From Podarcis pityusensis (Eukaryota): a stretch of DNA of 64,000 nucleotides. The position numbers were made by a program, and so were the translations under genes. This document shows positions 12,201 through 24,361 of the stretch, in pieces. Location of the stretch: assembly GCA_964106645.2 (NCBI GenBank), contig OZ067040.1; one strand, 5' to 3'. Each line of letters begins with the position of its first letter. The first letter of the stretch is position 1. A model generated the notes under the pieces. It did no database searches, was not told the origin of the DNA, and saw only the letters and a list, made by a program, of their open reading frames with translations.

Positions 12201-15200
12201 AAGCAGTTTGTCAGTTCCCCACTGAAATTCTTGGCTGCCACACACAACAAATTAATACAGGTATCTATGAACAATTACTGTTGTGGTTGGAATGTAAAAG
12301 TTTTCCATCTTTCTGATGTTGCTCCAGTAAGGTGTGCAGCACTTGAAGTAAGGGGTTAATTCAGTGGGTGATGATGCTTAGCTAGTAGATGACACCACCT
12401 TGTAATGTAACTATAATGTGTATATTTGCTTTTTAAACAACATTGAGAATGATCACTAGGATATTAAGGAAGTTTCCATAGAACTTTGGTGCGGAAATGT
12501 GGGGGGGAAGCAGGTCCGCTATCATGAAAACGTGTCATTTTTGCTGCCTGCTTTCAACATGATTATCAATAACTTGGGAGGTAGCACATGGCAAGGGCTG
12601 TCATTTACAAGTCTTTCTGAATACATGGACAGAATTCCCTCCCTTGGGATCTTGTAGGTAGACTTCCCACCACTTTTAGGGATGGTGGTGGTGGCCTTTA
12701 TGTTCTATGCTAAAGGTCAGAAAATAAAAGCTTCTTGTCAAAATCCTCCCTCCAACCAGCCATCCAGTTGTTTGCCAAGAAGTGAAGGGAATTTGTAGCA
12801 AGTGGTCTGTCTGGCTACTAAACATACTGGCAGGTTACAGGTGGAGGTAGAGTTACTGGTCTTCAGGCTCACTGAAAACCTTGAGCATGATGGAATATTC
12901 ATAATTAGGTAAATAATACTTTCTTTGTACTCGGGAATTATAGTCATTTGTGCTATGCTTTTTATTTCATGTATACAAGAAATTACTGAACAAGAGCGTT
13001 TTCTGCTACACCAAGAGACTCTACCTGAGCAGCTGCTGGATGAGAAAAAAATTAATCTCAATGAAATGCCAGTGTTAAGTGCTCCACAGCTGATTGAGGT
13101 ATGTACTATTAAGTGTCCTACCGGTATTGAATTTCTGAGCTACTCTGTCGAAAGACTCTTCTCTAATGTGGTTTTGTTTTCCTGAATAATATTGGGTAAA
13201 ATGACTGGATGAAAATGGGTCATGCCTTGATCCCCTGACCCCAGCAGACAACTCGGTAGCCCCATGGCATCACTGTGGCATCACAATTGACGGGTGAATT
13301 GCCACGCTCACCGGTCAAAATCACTTGTGCTTACAGTGCTCTTTGCAGCAGTCTTTCTTCAGCGCTGTGTGATGGAGCAGTCTTTCAGAGCCGATGTCTC
13401 CATAAAGCAGACATCAGCTCTGGCAGGGACTGCTCCATTGTGCAGCAGTGAAGGAAAAAAACTTGTCTGGAGCTTTCACTGCCTGCTCAAGGCTGAGCTT
13501 TTTTAGAGATTGAAGGAATCAGTGGAGGTGGGCTGTCCGAGAAGGTCCTGTCTATCACGTGACATCACCAGTGATGGCAGTTGATGGGCATGGTTTGGAG
13601 AAATTGGGCTCTTGGCTCAAATTGGACCCCCTGGCAGGCCCAGATTGGCCCATGTGCTGGAACTTCCACACCCCAGGGAAGGAGGGATGGCTAGAAAATT
13701 TGTGTGATAGATACCGAGTGCCCTGCCTTGCTTGAGTAGAAGTGCTTTCTGCTGCCACAGAGTCACTTGGATACAACCCAATGAAGCTGCCCTGAGTCTG
13801 TCGTCACTGCTTTGTATTACAAATCTTAGTGACCTTGCCAACACAATCAAAATAAATTCAGGAAATTTTGGCAGGGAGTCTGCTGTGCAGTTTGTGTCAA
13901 AAGAGTTAATCTTCAGTGCAAACATACCTCATAGGTTTGCTGTGATAAAATGGGGAGCAAACCATGTATAATGCTCTCAGCTCCTTGGATGAATGGTGGT
14001 GTTTGGGTTAAATAATTTTGTGCCTCAAATACCAGGAACGTATCCTGTTTCAGATGAGTTGGCTGTACTCTTCCATAGACGTTGTCCTTCCATATCCTGG
14101 ATATGCCACCATATCCAGATGCCTTATGCAGTGGGTTTTGATTATACACACAGTTCATGGGTTATTAGAGCACTAATCTGTGCTTGCTTTGTGGCAAGAT
14201 CTGTGACTAGGAATGTTCAACAAATCCACTTGCACTTTCTTGATGATAGTCGGAGATTGGGACACCATTGAGCCAAGCTTATAAACAGTTTCTTGGTAAA
14301 TACACTTTTTAGTCCTTTGAATGAAGGAAACTAGAAGGATAGACAGGTGTGGCAAATTGTGTGCATGTTTTTATGAATGAAAACCCCTAGTAAAAGCATT
14401 ACATATATAAGGGCTTTTTTCCTTTTCTGCCTCTGCATTCTTCGAAGTCCATCCTGGGAGGCAAACAGGAGTCCAAATGTTTTTGTGTTTAGGCATTACA
14501 GAAGAAGTCTCTGTAAGCAGAAAGGGGGGAGGAGTTTCTTTAACAGCTGTGCTAAAGCCAGGCAGCTCTGATGCCCCCTAATAATCTTCCAGCCTGGATC
14601 ACTGCCAGACCCTGCTTTTAATTTCTTCTATCAGCAAGGCCTTTCCTTTCTGACCCTGGTGTCATTCAAGTTTAGGAATTTTTTATTTTTTTTTAAAGAA
14701 ACAGCTATAATCTGAACAAAGCTGCTCATTGTGCTGAACCATAGCTTAACTTGTGTGACTGCAACTATACTTCTGGATCTTAATTCAAACAGTCCCACAA
14801 CTTACAGACATTTAGCTTGTGTACATCCAGCTTTATGTTCTTGGCAAATAATAAAAATAAATAGAAAGGGGGCGGGGGGCGGGGGAGTCTTTGGCAATCC
14901 CACCCACCATTGCACCCATTGTTTTGTGATTATAAGCAATTTTGGCTTTAGGTGTGATCCCCAGAATGTAACCCCCATGTCAGTTGAGGGCTTACTCTAT
15001 TAAAGTAAATATGTATGTGTCCTTTGCAGGTATTTATCTTTCCAGAATATTGCAGATGATTTTTTATTTTTATTTTTTGCACATAAGAAGCTGCCTTGTA
15101 CTGAATTAGACCCTTGGTCCATCTAGCTCAGTGTTGCTTTCAGACAGAAGTCTTTCCCAGCCCTGCCTGGAAATGCTGGGACTGGACCTTGAGCCTCCTG

Positions 15201-18200
15201 CAGCCCAAACAGATGCTTTGCCACTGAGCTCTTCTATAACAGAGTACTTATTTGTGGAACTATGTTCCTACCACAATAGGCTAGGAATGCCGAAGCCTTA
15301 AATGGTTTGTAAATTTGAGCCTATCATATAGCAACCTTATAGGCAGTGTAATCTTTCCATTGTAATATTGGTGGAATGCCTTTCTAAAACCCCGACTCTC
15401 TTCCTTACTATAAAAATGCCTACAGCTGAATGAAGGCATATTTCAGTCAACAGTCACATGAGTTAGAATCCAGGGTGGTCTTCCCACAAGGAGTTCTTAA
15501 CAAGATCAATTACACTGTTTTGGGGTCTAAAAATAATGTTGTCCTTCCATCTTTCATACAATAGTTGTACATATCCCCTGAGAACAGAAGGGCTAATGAA
15601 TATGACTTCAAGAAGGCACTCGATCTGCTGGAGTATATTGATGAGGTATGAAAATGAGTGAGTTTTGGTGATCTCTGAACCAGGATGTTTTTCAGTCTAA
15701 CTGAAGTTCCCTCTCCCATCTGTAAAAAAATAAATAAACATAACCTCTTATTTCTCAGCTACCAAAATACTCAAGTCCCATCTAATACCAACTGCTTGAC
15801 TTCGTGGCCATCTTTAAAAAAAATAATGGAGGGCTAAACCTGTGAAAACATAAAAACTGAAACTGAAGACTATGACTCAGTTTTAGTGATGCCATCAGTC
15901 AAATATCGGGACGCAGGTGGCGCTGTGGCTTAAACCACAGAGCCTAGGACTTGCCAATCAGAAGGTCGGTGGTTCGAATCCCCACAACGGGGTGAGCTCC
16001 TGTGCTCGGTCCCTGCTCCTGCCAACCTAGCAGTTTGAAAGCACATCAAAGTGCAAGTAGATAAATAGGTACGCTCCGGCGGGAAGGTAAACGGCGTTTC
16101 CGTGCACTGCTCTGGTTCGCCAGAAGCAGCTTAGTCATGCTGGCCACATGACCCGGAAGCTGTACGCCGGCTCCCTTCGCCAATAAAGCGAGATGAGCGC
16201 TGCAACCCCAGAGTCGACCACGACTGGGCCCTTTACCTTTACAGTCAAATATCAGTTCATATCAGTATGGGAAATTGATCATTTCCCACCTGCCTTCTTT
16301 TTAGTTATTGATGTCGCTACCCCAACTGGTATCCTTGTCGGGATCTAGATTCATGATATAGCAATGTCCCAGGACCTCTTCTCAGTCCTCCACCTGCCCC
16401 TGTGTTAGGTTTTATTTTCTTAATATTTCTATTAAAATATATCTAACCCATTCTGTATCACTTGATCCCAGCCAAATTGACACTTTCCCTCTCACAAAAA
16501 CTGAACTGCAAACTGTTAAGTGCTCTGGGTCACATTCTGTGGCATCAGATCAGGTCTGCTCATTTCCCTAAGAACAATAATATACTGATCACCTTAAAGG
16601 AGCTTACATGTATGATTACATATCTGTATGGACATTGTGGGTTCATGCAAAACTGAGAACCTCTCTGAAGGTCCCGTTGTTCTTTCTGATCTGTTCTTGT
16701 TTAGAAAGCACATGGCTTTGCATCTTCTTGCTTGCCCTCTTCATCCTGCCACAGTTTTCCCAGTCTGGTATTTCTGTCTGTGGCCAAGAGGAAAAACGTT
16801 TTTTATTCTTGTTCTTAAGAGACTCTTGTGCAAAGTCTCTATATGCTTGGCTATGCTGGAATAAAAGGCATATTTTAATAAATAAAAGGCCTAAATAAAG
16901 TCTTTTTTTATATAGATTCCCCTCCTTTCCCCATAAAGTCATAATCCATTTTCAGACATACTTCAAAAAGCTATTTTCTGGCCCATACCCTTGAAAATTG
17001 TCCCTCTTTCTTACTTCTGGTCATGTTTTTAGCTTGTGAACTATTGAATTTGGACATAATCACAATGCATAATGTGTGTTTCTCTAAAATCTCCAATGCA
17101 ATTTAATATTTCTTTTCTTTCTTTTTTCCTTTGAATGAAGGATGAGGAAGTGGACATAAATGATCTTAAACTTAAAATACTTTGCAAAGCTCTTTTAAGA
17201 GATAGGTAAGCAAGCTATTTATTTGTTTGTTTAAAGCATTTTTGTCCCCACTTTTTGGCTGTAAAGAATGCCGCTCACATAAACTCAGTAACAAAGACAG
17301 TTCCTACATGTAGGCTTACAGTCTAAAAGACATAACACAAAAGGAAAATGTGATGACAGAGGAAGGGGAAAATAAGCAAACTCAGGTCTTAAATTTACAA
17401 CAACTATTTTATAACAATCAAACCAGCTTGAATGGAAACAATCAGGGAGAGGAGAAAAATAGAACTCAAATAGAAGAGCTGATGGAGTGGTCCTTCTTCC
17501 TATCTCTCCCTTTTTTCTGTAGCCATTGTATAAAAACTTGTTAGTACACTTAATATTCTGTTAAAATTTGTAGTTTTCCCAGCTGCTTATACCAGATTGA
17601 ATATTTTCTTTGAAACATGTTTATGTCACACTTCACCATATCAGATTTCAGGGTGTTGTACAGCAGGGGAGGGCAGACCTGAGGCTTGCAGGATCTACTT
17701 TGTGTGTTACTGGAACCCTGAGATCCACCGTGTAAAAGACATGAGCTTAGAATTGAAGAACACATTGTCTCTAAGCAGCTGTTGAGGACAGGGATTTGTT
17801 TTGAGTATTAGAAGTGAGGCTGAGCTCACAATCTTTCCATACAAAAATCTATTCCTAGTTACGAAGTTTTTTCCCCCCCAGGGGGTTATTTTGTTGTGTT
17901 ATTGTTAAACAGGTTGGAGTCAAAAATCCTTGCTGATCTATTGCAGATCACCCAGAGATCTACCAGAAAATTCTGGTCCACCTTCTGCCCACCCCTGGTG
18001 TACAGCATAAAATATTTTTTAAAGTGCAAAAACAAGCTAGCAGATAAAACTTTAAAGTGACTACAATATTATTGGTTAAATCAGTAAATCATAGCAGTGT
18101 GAGTGCCAGGCAAAATTCTTAAGGGAGAGCATTCCACAACCAGGGCATCACTGCAAAGAATGCCGAGACTTGATGATGATCTGATGTCTAATTGAGGAGG

Positions 18201-21200
18201 TGCATGTCAAAGGGTCTTGGCAAATGATGATAAAGAACTGGCAAGTTAATATGGGGTGTGGTGCCTCTCAAATTATACTACAGTGGTACCTCGGGTTACA
18301 TATGCTTCAGGTTACAGACTCCACTAACCCAGAAATCGTGCTTCAGGTTAAGAACTTTGCTTCAGGATGAGAACAGAAATCGTGCTCCGGTGGTGCGGCA
18401 GCAGCAGGAGGCCCCATTAACTAAAGTGGTGCTTCAGATTAAGAACAGTTTCAGGTTAAGAACGGACCTCCGGAATGAATTAAGTACTTAACCTGAGGTA
18501 CCACTGTAGTAGGTTGTATAGCTATGGGGAAGATGCACTTTAGACAGAACTGTGCTCTATTGAAAACACATCCATAATAGGTTGTCTGTGTAGGCTCATG
18601 ATTTGTGTCTCTCCAAACAAATTTTGTCCTTACGTTTTAGGCCATAGTTTGTTTCCCAGCAGGAAGCAGAAAGCCTGCAACTTCAGTAGCATGCAAGAGC
18701 ACACTACACATTCACAGTAAACCATAGTTTAATATGATGTGTGAACCTGGTCATCCTCAGTAGCCCTCAGAGAAGCTAATAATTCCCCTCCTGTTACAGA
18801 TGGGGGGCTAAATTAAGATTACCTCAGGATACCCAACAGGTTTTGGCAGGGCTGAGACTTGAACTGTGGGCAACTAGAATCTTTTAACTATTATGCCAAG
18901 CCAGCTTTTTTTGGTTCTCTGGCCAACGGCACAGCAATGGTACATTTCTTTTACACTTCAGATGATCACTGATTGCATTTTCTTCATGGTAATACGCTAC
19001 ATCACGGGTAGTAAACCTTTCCCAGCCCTAGAGCCACTTTCCATCATGGGGGAATCTGGAGGAACCACAAGCCAGTAGTGGGCGGGGTCAAATATCTTTC
19101 TCCATTGACAGCTTGCTTGTGTTCCATACTACATGCTTCGAAATGGGCTTCTTTCTCGAAGGGCACAACATGGAAACACAGCAGGCTTCCGATAGAGAGA
19201 TTTATTTCTCCCTCAGCAGCAGGCCCCTTTTTCTCGCAACTCAGCCATCACTGATCACTTGGGCACCAGGGGTGAGAACTTGGGTTTTGTGACCTGCCAC
19301 ACCTCACTACTTAGCTGGGCAAGGCATGGGAGGAGAGGCCAGTGGGCCAAAGAGAGTGCCCCGGGAGGCTGTGTGTGGCCTATTCTACATGTTCCATTTA
19401 AGGAATTGCCTGCAGTTACAATAGCATTTGAACTAAACGTTATTGGCTCTAAATCAAGAGATAGTTGAAGGTGTGTGTTTTTGTATTTGTGTCAGAAGGT
19501 GTTTAGAACATGCCTGTTTGCAGGTTGTTCCAGACAGCCCCTATGACAAATGAAAACCCCCATATTCCACCTTTTAATTTTCAAAAACCAGTCAATACTC
19601 GGTCTCTAAAGCATAAATGATGGAATAATTCAACACTGTGTTTCAAACTTGCTTAGCTGGCTAAATCCCTAAGTCCTTGCAAGACTGAGCTGCTGTTTCT
19701 ACCTTCAGACATTTGAGTGAATATCTGAGGTACACTTATTCCGAACACTAAAGAAATCTGTGGACCCCTTTGAAGCCCAGTCTGTGCAGGTTTACTCAGA
19801 AGTCAGTTCTCTTTAGCTTCATGGAATGTTTAGGATTTTGGAGTTAATTATTTCTCCTATACTGAGAACAATTTAAGGATTCACTGAGCAGGGATCACTA
19901 TGCACAAATAGTATATAAACTCTGAGCGAACAAAGTTAAATATAAATCTGTCAAGGTTTGATATCCAAGTTGGCAGCCGAAACATTTGTTGGAAACTGAT
20001 CTTCATTTGAATAGCATGTTTAGCATTTCAATAGATATGCCCAATTGATTGAGCTTTAGATAAAATAGCTGTGCAAGAATCATCCTTATTCATGAGAACA
20101 TGTCATCTTGAGTTTTGGTGCATCTTCAAATCATTGCATTGGACACTTTGAACTACCTGTTCTTCAGGAATGTGCATAATTGTGCATAATCCTTTATGCA
20201 TCCCTGCTTCATAGCTATATATGGCAACTGAATTCTTGGGTAGTACCCTGAGGCTTGTGGGGAACACTTGGTGACTTCCTAATATGGTAGTGGACTGTGT
20301 TTCTCTCTTACATTTTGTGCCCTCCTCATGAAGATGAAGTAGCGAATAGAAATGCAAAGGAAGTTGTAGGGAAATAGATTCTTTTCCCAGCATGCTTAGT
20401 TGTTTAACACATCCATTTTCACCTACCTAGGAAATTCTTATTGTAAATGGTAGCGGCAAGGGAAATTAAGGAAGGTCTTCTTTCTGCAAAGGTTTTGACA
20501 ATGTTTTAAAAGATGCATTACTGAAAGACATGCTAAATGGATTTATTGATTGTATTGAAATGGAACGCTAAACATGATTTCAGAGTTCTCTTGGTCCAGC
20601 ATCCTGCAAATGAGACACTTCTGAAAACCTGCTTATAGGGCAAATGTAAGGCTGATAGTTGAGTTAATGTGCTAATAGGACATTTCCTCTGTTGACAATG
20701 TTTTGGGGCATGGATGCTGTTTGTATAATGCAACAACTCTGAATCGGAAGGTATATTGAAATAAAAAAGCTGATTGTGCAAACTGCACACCATTTCTAAT
20801 ACTTGATAAGTCTCTTTCTGTGGCATAGGCCACTCTGAAAAATTGTTTGCTAATCCCACTACAGGGTACAGCCCAGTACTAACACCTCTATGTATATATC
20901 CTGCAGTGTTTGGAAGTGCAGCTTATTAGTTGTAACAAAAATTTTATCCATAGTGAGGCACATATAATTATTATTTTTTACTTTAATCTTTGTCAAGTAG
21001 CATATACATTTTAGCATTCTTAATACTGTACGGCCTTGAAAGATGTGAAATTGAGTAAAGGATACACAATAACTGCAAATAATCAAAATACACACAAAGT
21101 GACACTGGGGATTCTGATTTAATACCGTACATATTTGTTTTTTTAAATATATATTCTATTTGTACTAACTTTTATTTTTTGGTTACAGTTGGTGTAGTTC

Positions 21201-21737
21201 AGAAGGCAAAGATGATCCAATTGAAGCATCTAAAGACAGCATATTTGTGAAAATTCTACAAAAACTGTTCAAAGAAGGTAGATATTGTTGTGTGAAATAT
21301 GCTCAGAAATAAGTTTTTGTGAGTTCGCTGCTTACATATATTTACATCAAATGGCATTAATATCATTAGTAGTCAAGATATAAACATAGCAGGCAAAATT
21401 GAAATAAGGCATGGTTGCTAAGGGCAGAAGGGAATTGCCAAATGTAGTTTGAAAATAAAACTTACCCACTGATGATAGTGCTTGGAAAAATTATCACTGT
21501 ATCCCAGGCCTAGACAAATTATTCTGAAATGTAGGTACGTATTTCAATGATCACTCAACATTTACAGTTTACAGTAGCTAATAACTTCTTTCTGTTTTAG
21601 GAATTCAGCTCAGTGAATATCTACCTGGGGTAAAAGACTTAATGCAAGCAGATGAACTTGAACACTTAACATGCAAACCGTACTTAGAATTTGTACTTAA
21701 AGCAAATTACGAACTTTATGTCTATAGGCAGACCTGA
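244..21737 (+). CDS. NUP133: Nucleoporin 133, 3' portion (20 coding exons; 5' exons lie upstream of the window)
   Basis: Exons, all with AG/GT boundaries and continuous frame: 244-399, 478-548, 1023-1170, 1578-1722, 2246-2403, 2582-2673, 4881-5044, 5159-5250, 5333-5557, 6145-6267, 6767-6866, 8176-8418, 9412-9545, 10328-10486, 11927-12062, 12980-13098, 15565-15645, 17141-17205, 21189-21277, 21601-21737 (TGA). Total 2637 nt = 878 codons + stop. Recognisable Nup133 peptides: [110 protein letters not shown]. Confidence 0.96.
1898..1977. repeat. Short (~80 bp) palindromic MITE-like repeat; related copies at about 23095-23170, 25325-25410, 29297-29355, 31680-31830 and 61255-61330
   Basis: Imperfect hairpin CAATCCTATACATGTCTACTCGGAAATAAG...CTTACTTCCAGGTAAGTGTGTATAGAATTG; similar sequence recurs several times in the window. 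Confidence 0.6.
10032..10288 (+). mobile_element. tRNA-derived CORE-SINE, Squam3(B)-like, with (CTT)n tail
   Basis: A-box-like TGGTGTAGTGG, B-box-like GGTTCGCGTCTCC, CORE-type GGGTGACCTTGGGCCAGTCAC, ~260 bp, ends in CTT repeats. Confidence 0.8.
15082..15230 (-). mobile_element. Degenerate tRNA-derived SINE, same family as 48273-48471
   Basis: Reverse complement resembles the 48273 element: tail ACATAAGAAGCTGCCTTGTACTGAA, head GCCACTGAGCT. Confidence 0.55.
15908..16241 (+). mobile_element. Sauria SINE (Squam1), near full length, with 12-bp TSD
   Basis: Head GGGACGCAGGTGGCGCTGTGG, B box GGTTCGAATCC, body GCCAACCTAGCAGTT...GTGCAAGTAGATAAATAGG, (ACCTTT)n tail. Perfect TSD CAGTCAAATATC at 15896-15907 and 16242-16253. 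Confidence 0.92.
18281..18506. mobile_element. Tc1/mariner (Tigger-like) MITE
   Basis: TIRs CAGTGGTACCTCGGGTTA / TAACCTGAGGTACCACTG, TA on both flanks; same family as 56165-56386. Confidence 0.88.
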
Positions 21738-21807
21738 GAGAATTCTGAATTTTAGAAAGACCATTTCTAAAGAATGAAATTTTTGTACACTGTTTAAATT
21801 TTTTTGC

Positions 21808-21813
21808 AATAAA
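21808..21813 (+). terminator. Probable NUP133 polyadenylation signal AATAAA
   Basis: AATAAA ~70 nt after the stop codon, preceded by a TGTA motif and U-rich sequence. Confidence 0.6.
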
Positions 21814-24154
21814 ATCTTTATGTTAAGTAAGAACATGTCCGTCTTTAAAATAGTAAAGAATTCATTGAGTATCTGGAAGGTTTGGTGGCCTTTCCATCTG
21901 ACAAAGGCAAAAACTTACAAAGCTTAAGATAAGCTTTAAAACAGGGTTTGGAACAGACATCTTCTCTTGCTTCAGTAATCCAACTTCTGACTTATGCTCT
22001 GCTTCTGTAAGTAAATGAATATAATCCATCCAATTTTCAATCTTATCCTGAAGAATGCTTTTTATTCAGTTACAAACACACTGCAGGTCCACAGACATTT
22101 TATACATAAATAATGAAAGTTTTGGTGCTCACCACATAGCGGTATCACGTTCTACTACCATCTAGGTAATGGCACGGAGACTAGAAAGCTGTTCTCTGCC
22201 TGCCTCTCTTGGAAGAGTCTCTTCTCTGTTTGATACCAGGCTGTTTTGAGTTGCTGGGTTGCTGTACAATCCACAGAATTTATACATTCTAATGCTTAAA
22301 AGCGTAGATTGCTAACTTTATTAGTCTTAGTGGCTTTAATCTGACAAATGTCATGGGAGAATCTTTCTTACAGACTGCTAAGCATGCACAGATTGACTGC
22401 AAAGCAAGTTGCCTCCCCTCACATTTTACTTTATGCCTTGGCTAAATGCCTATTAGAAGAACTCGATCCAACAGCTGAGAAGGTCATAAGTTAAATCAGT
22501 TGAAGAGACTCCAATTTCTAGTTTTAAAAGCCCTGCTATCATTCCATGGCTTCCCTTCTTGCTGTGCTAATACGGCGCTAAGAGTGGAGGAGCTGAATGT
22601 GTTCGGAAAAATAGACTTATCTGGACATGTTCAAACCAATGTAGAAAATAAATGCATTAGCACCACTGGAAATAGATCCAAAGTTCTGCATAGCAGAGAG
22701 GGGCTCAGTGTACTTGATAGCAATAATTAAGCAGAGTATCATGGGTATTTATCTAGAGAATAATGGAGTTAAAAATATAATGGACTTAAAATGGATAGTG
22801 ATAAAATGAAGCCGTTTCTCTCCCTAGACTTTACTGCTTGGCTTTGTGTCTAGTAATATGGACTGAAGGTTCTGCTAGAATTTCCCTCCTGTTGTCTCTA
22901 AAACCCACTTAGCTTGCTTTGTTGTATTTAACACTGACAAGTGCTGCTTAATCCTCATCTGCTGGAAATTCTGTTACTGCTGTCTGAAGACCTCGGAGTC
23001 AATTGGAGGTTCCCCCATCCCATGTCGCTGTTTATTGACCAAAATACATTTGGTGAGAGTATGTTGTTCATAGAGTTTTCGTAAGAGATATACAGCCCCA
23101 TCCTCTGCAAATTTACTCAAAAGCAAGTCTCACATGAGCTTACTCCCATGAAGGTGTGCATAGGGTTACAGTCTTCACAAGTGTGAAATCAGGAAGAGTA
23201 ATTCCATTATGTTTTAGTGCATCACTGTACAATGACCTGTTGATGTTGATACCCAGGGGGGAGTCACCTTGCTTAAAGACCGCAGGGCTAGGGAGTGGAT
23301 TTTGTTTGAGAGTTTGGCTTCTGTAAGCATGGGTTTGCAGCCTTCCCATATGAATCTAGTGAATGGCAATTGCAAGAAGTCACTATGTGATGATAAAATG
23401 GGTCATCTGAATATACCCACAGAATACCTTTGGAAGATTTAACAATAATATGAATTCCTTTTACTGGAGATTATATGTATTTCTTCAATGTCAATCCACT
23501 GATATTACAAAAAAGGGCAACATTTGCAGCACATTATTACTGATTAGCTCTACTGAATTGGGGAAATTCATTTCTACAGGATGTTTCAATCGATAAGTTC
23601 TTTAGCTGAGTGGAAAAGTTGGATTAGTATGTGAGATAACTATCAAACGTGGCAGTTTGTTTTAATATTGCACCTTACAAATGACTCTTCTGAAAACATC
23701 CTATGATTTAAAGCAATAGGCAAGGGTGTAAAGTTGTTACTTTCATCTAGACAGACTTGAGAACCTACAGCAATTTCTCCTATGGAGATCGGCTTTACTC
23801 TTACACCAGCTCTCGTTGCTGGAATTTGACCTGCCTTGTCTCTGTTATAGCTGAGTACTAACAAAATATTAGTTTAATCCTTCATGCCTATCTTCCTACA
23901 TCCTAATCCCTAAGAATGTTTACAACAGAAATGACCACTTGCTTGGAGAGAGCAGAAAAAATGATGTTTAGTCATTTTTTGCATTTAGTTTATATACTGT
24001 TGGTATGGATATTTGTAAAAGGACATGCATCATAAGCCAATATTGTGTCAGAAGTTTGCATAACTCTGAAGATCACAAAGTCTGCTTTTATGTTCTGTAG
24101 CTTGGTTGGTATGATCAACGTGAACAATCTGAGAGCAGTTAACAAATTATAATA

Positions 24155-24361
24155 TAGGCAACTCCCCATTTATGCAAGGGTTATGTTCCAAGGCACCGCA
24201 CATTTAAGTGAAATAGTGTATATTTGAAATGCCATTGGAAAAGCCTGCAAACACCCCATCCCTTTTTGTGATGTTTTTTGGTCACTTCCAGGTTCAGTCC
24301 AATCAATGCACATATGCACGGCCATGCACATATTGAAAGCATGTAAATGGGAGGTTGCCTG
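24155..24361. mobile_element. Older Tigger-like MITE
   Basis: Imperfect TIRs TAGGCAACTCCCCATTTA / TAAATGGGAGGTTGCCTG, flanked by TA. Confidence 0.7.
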
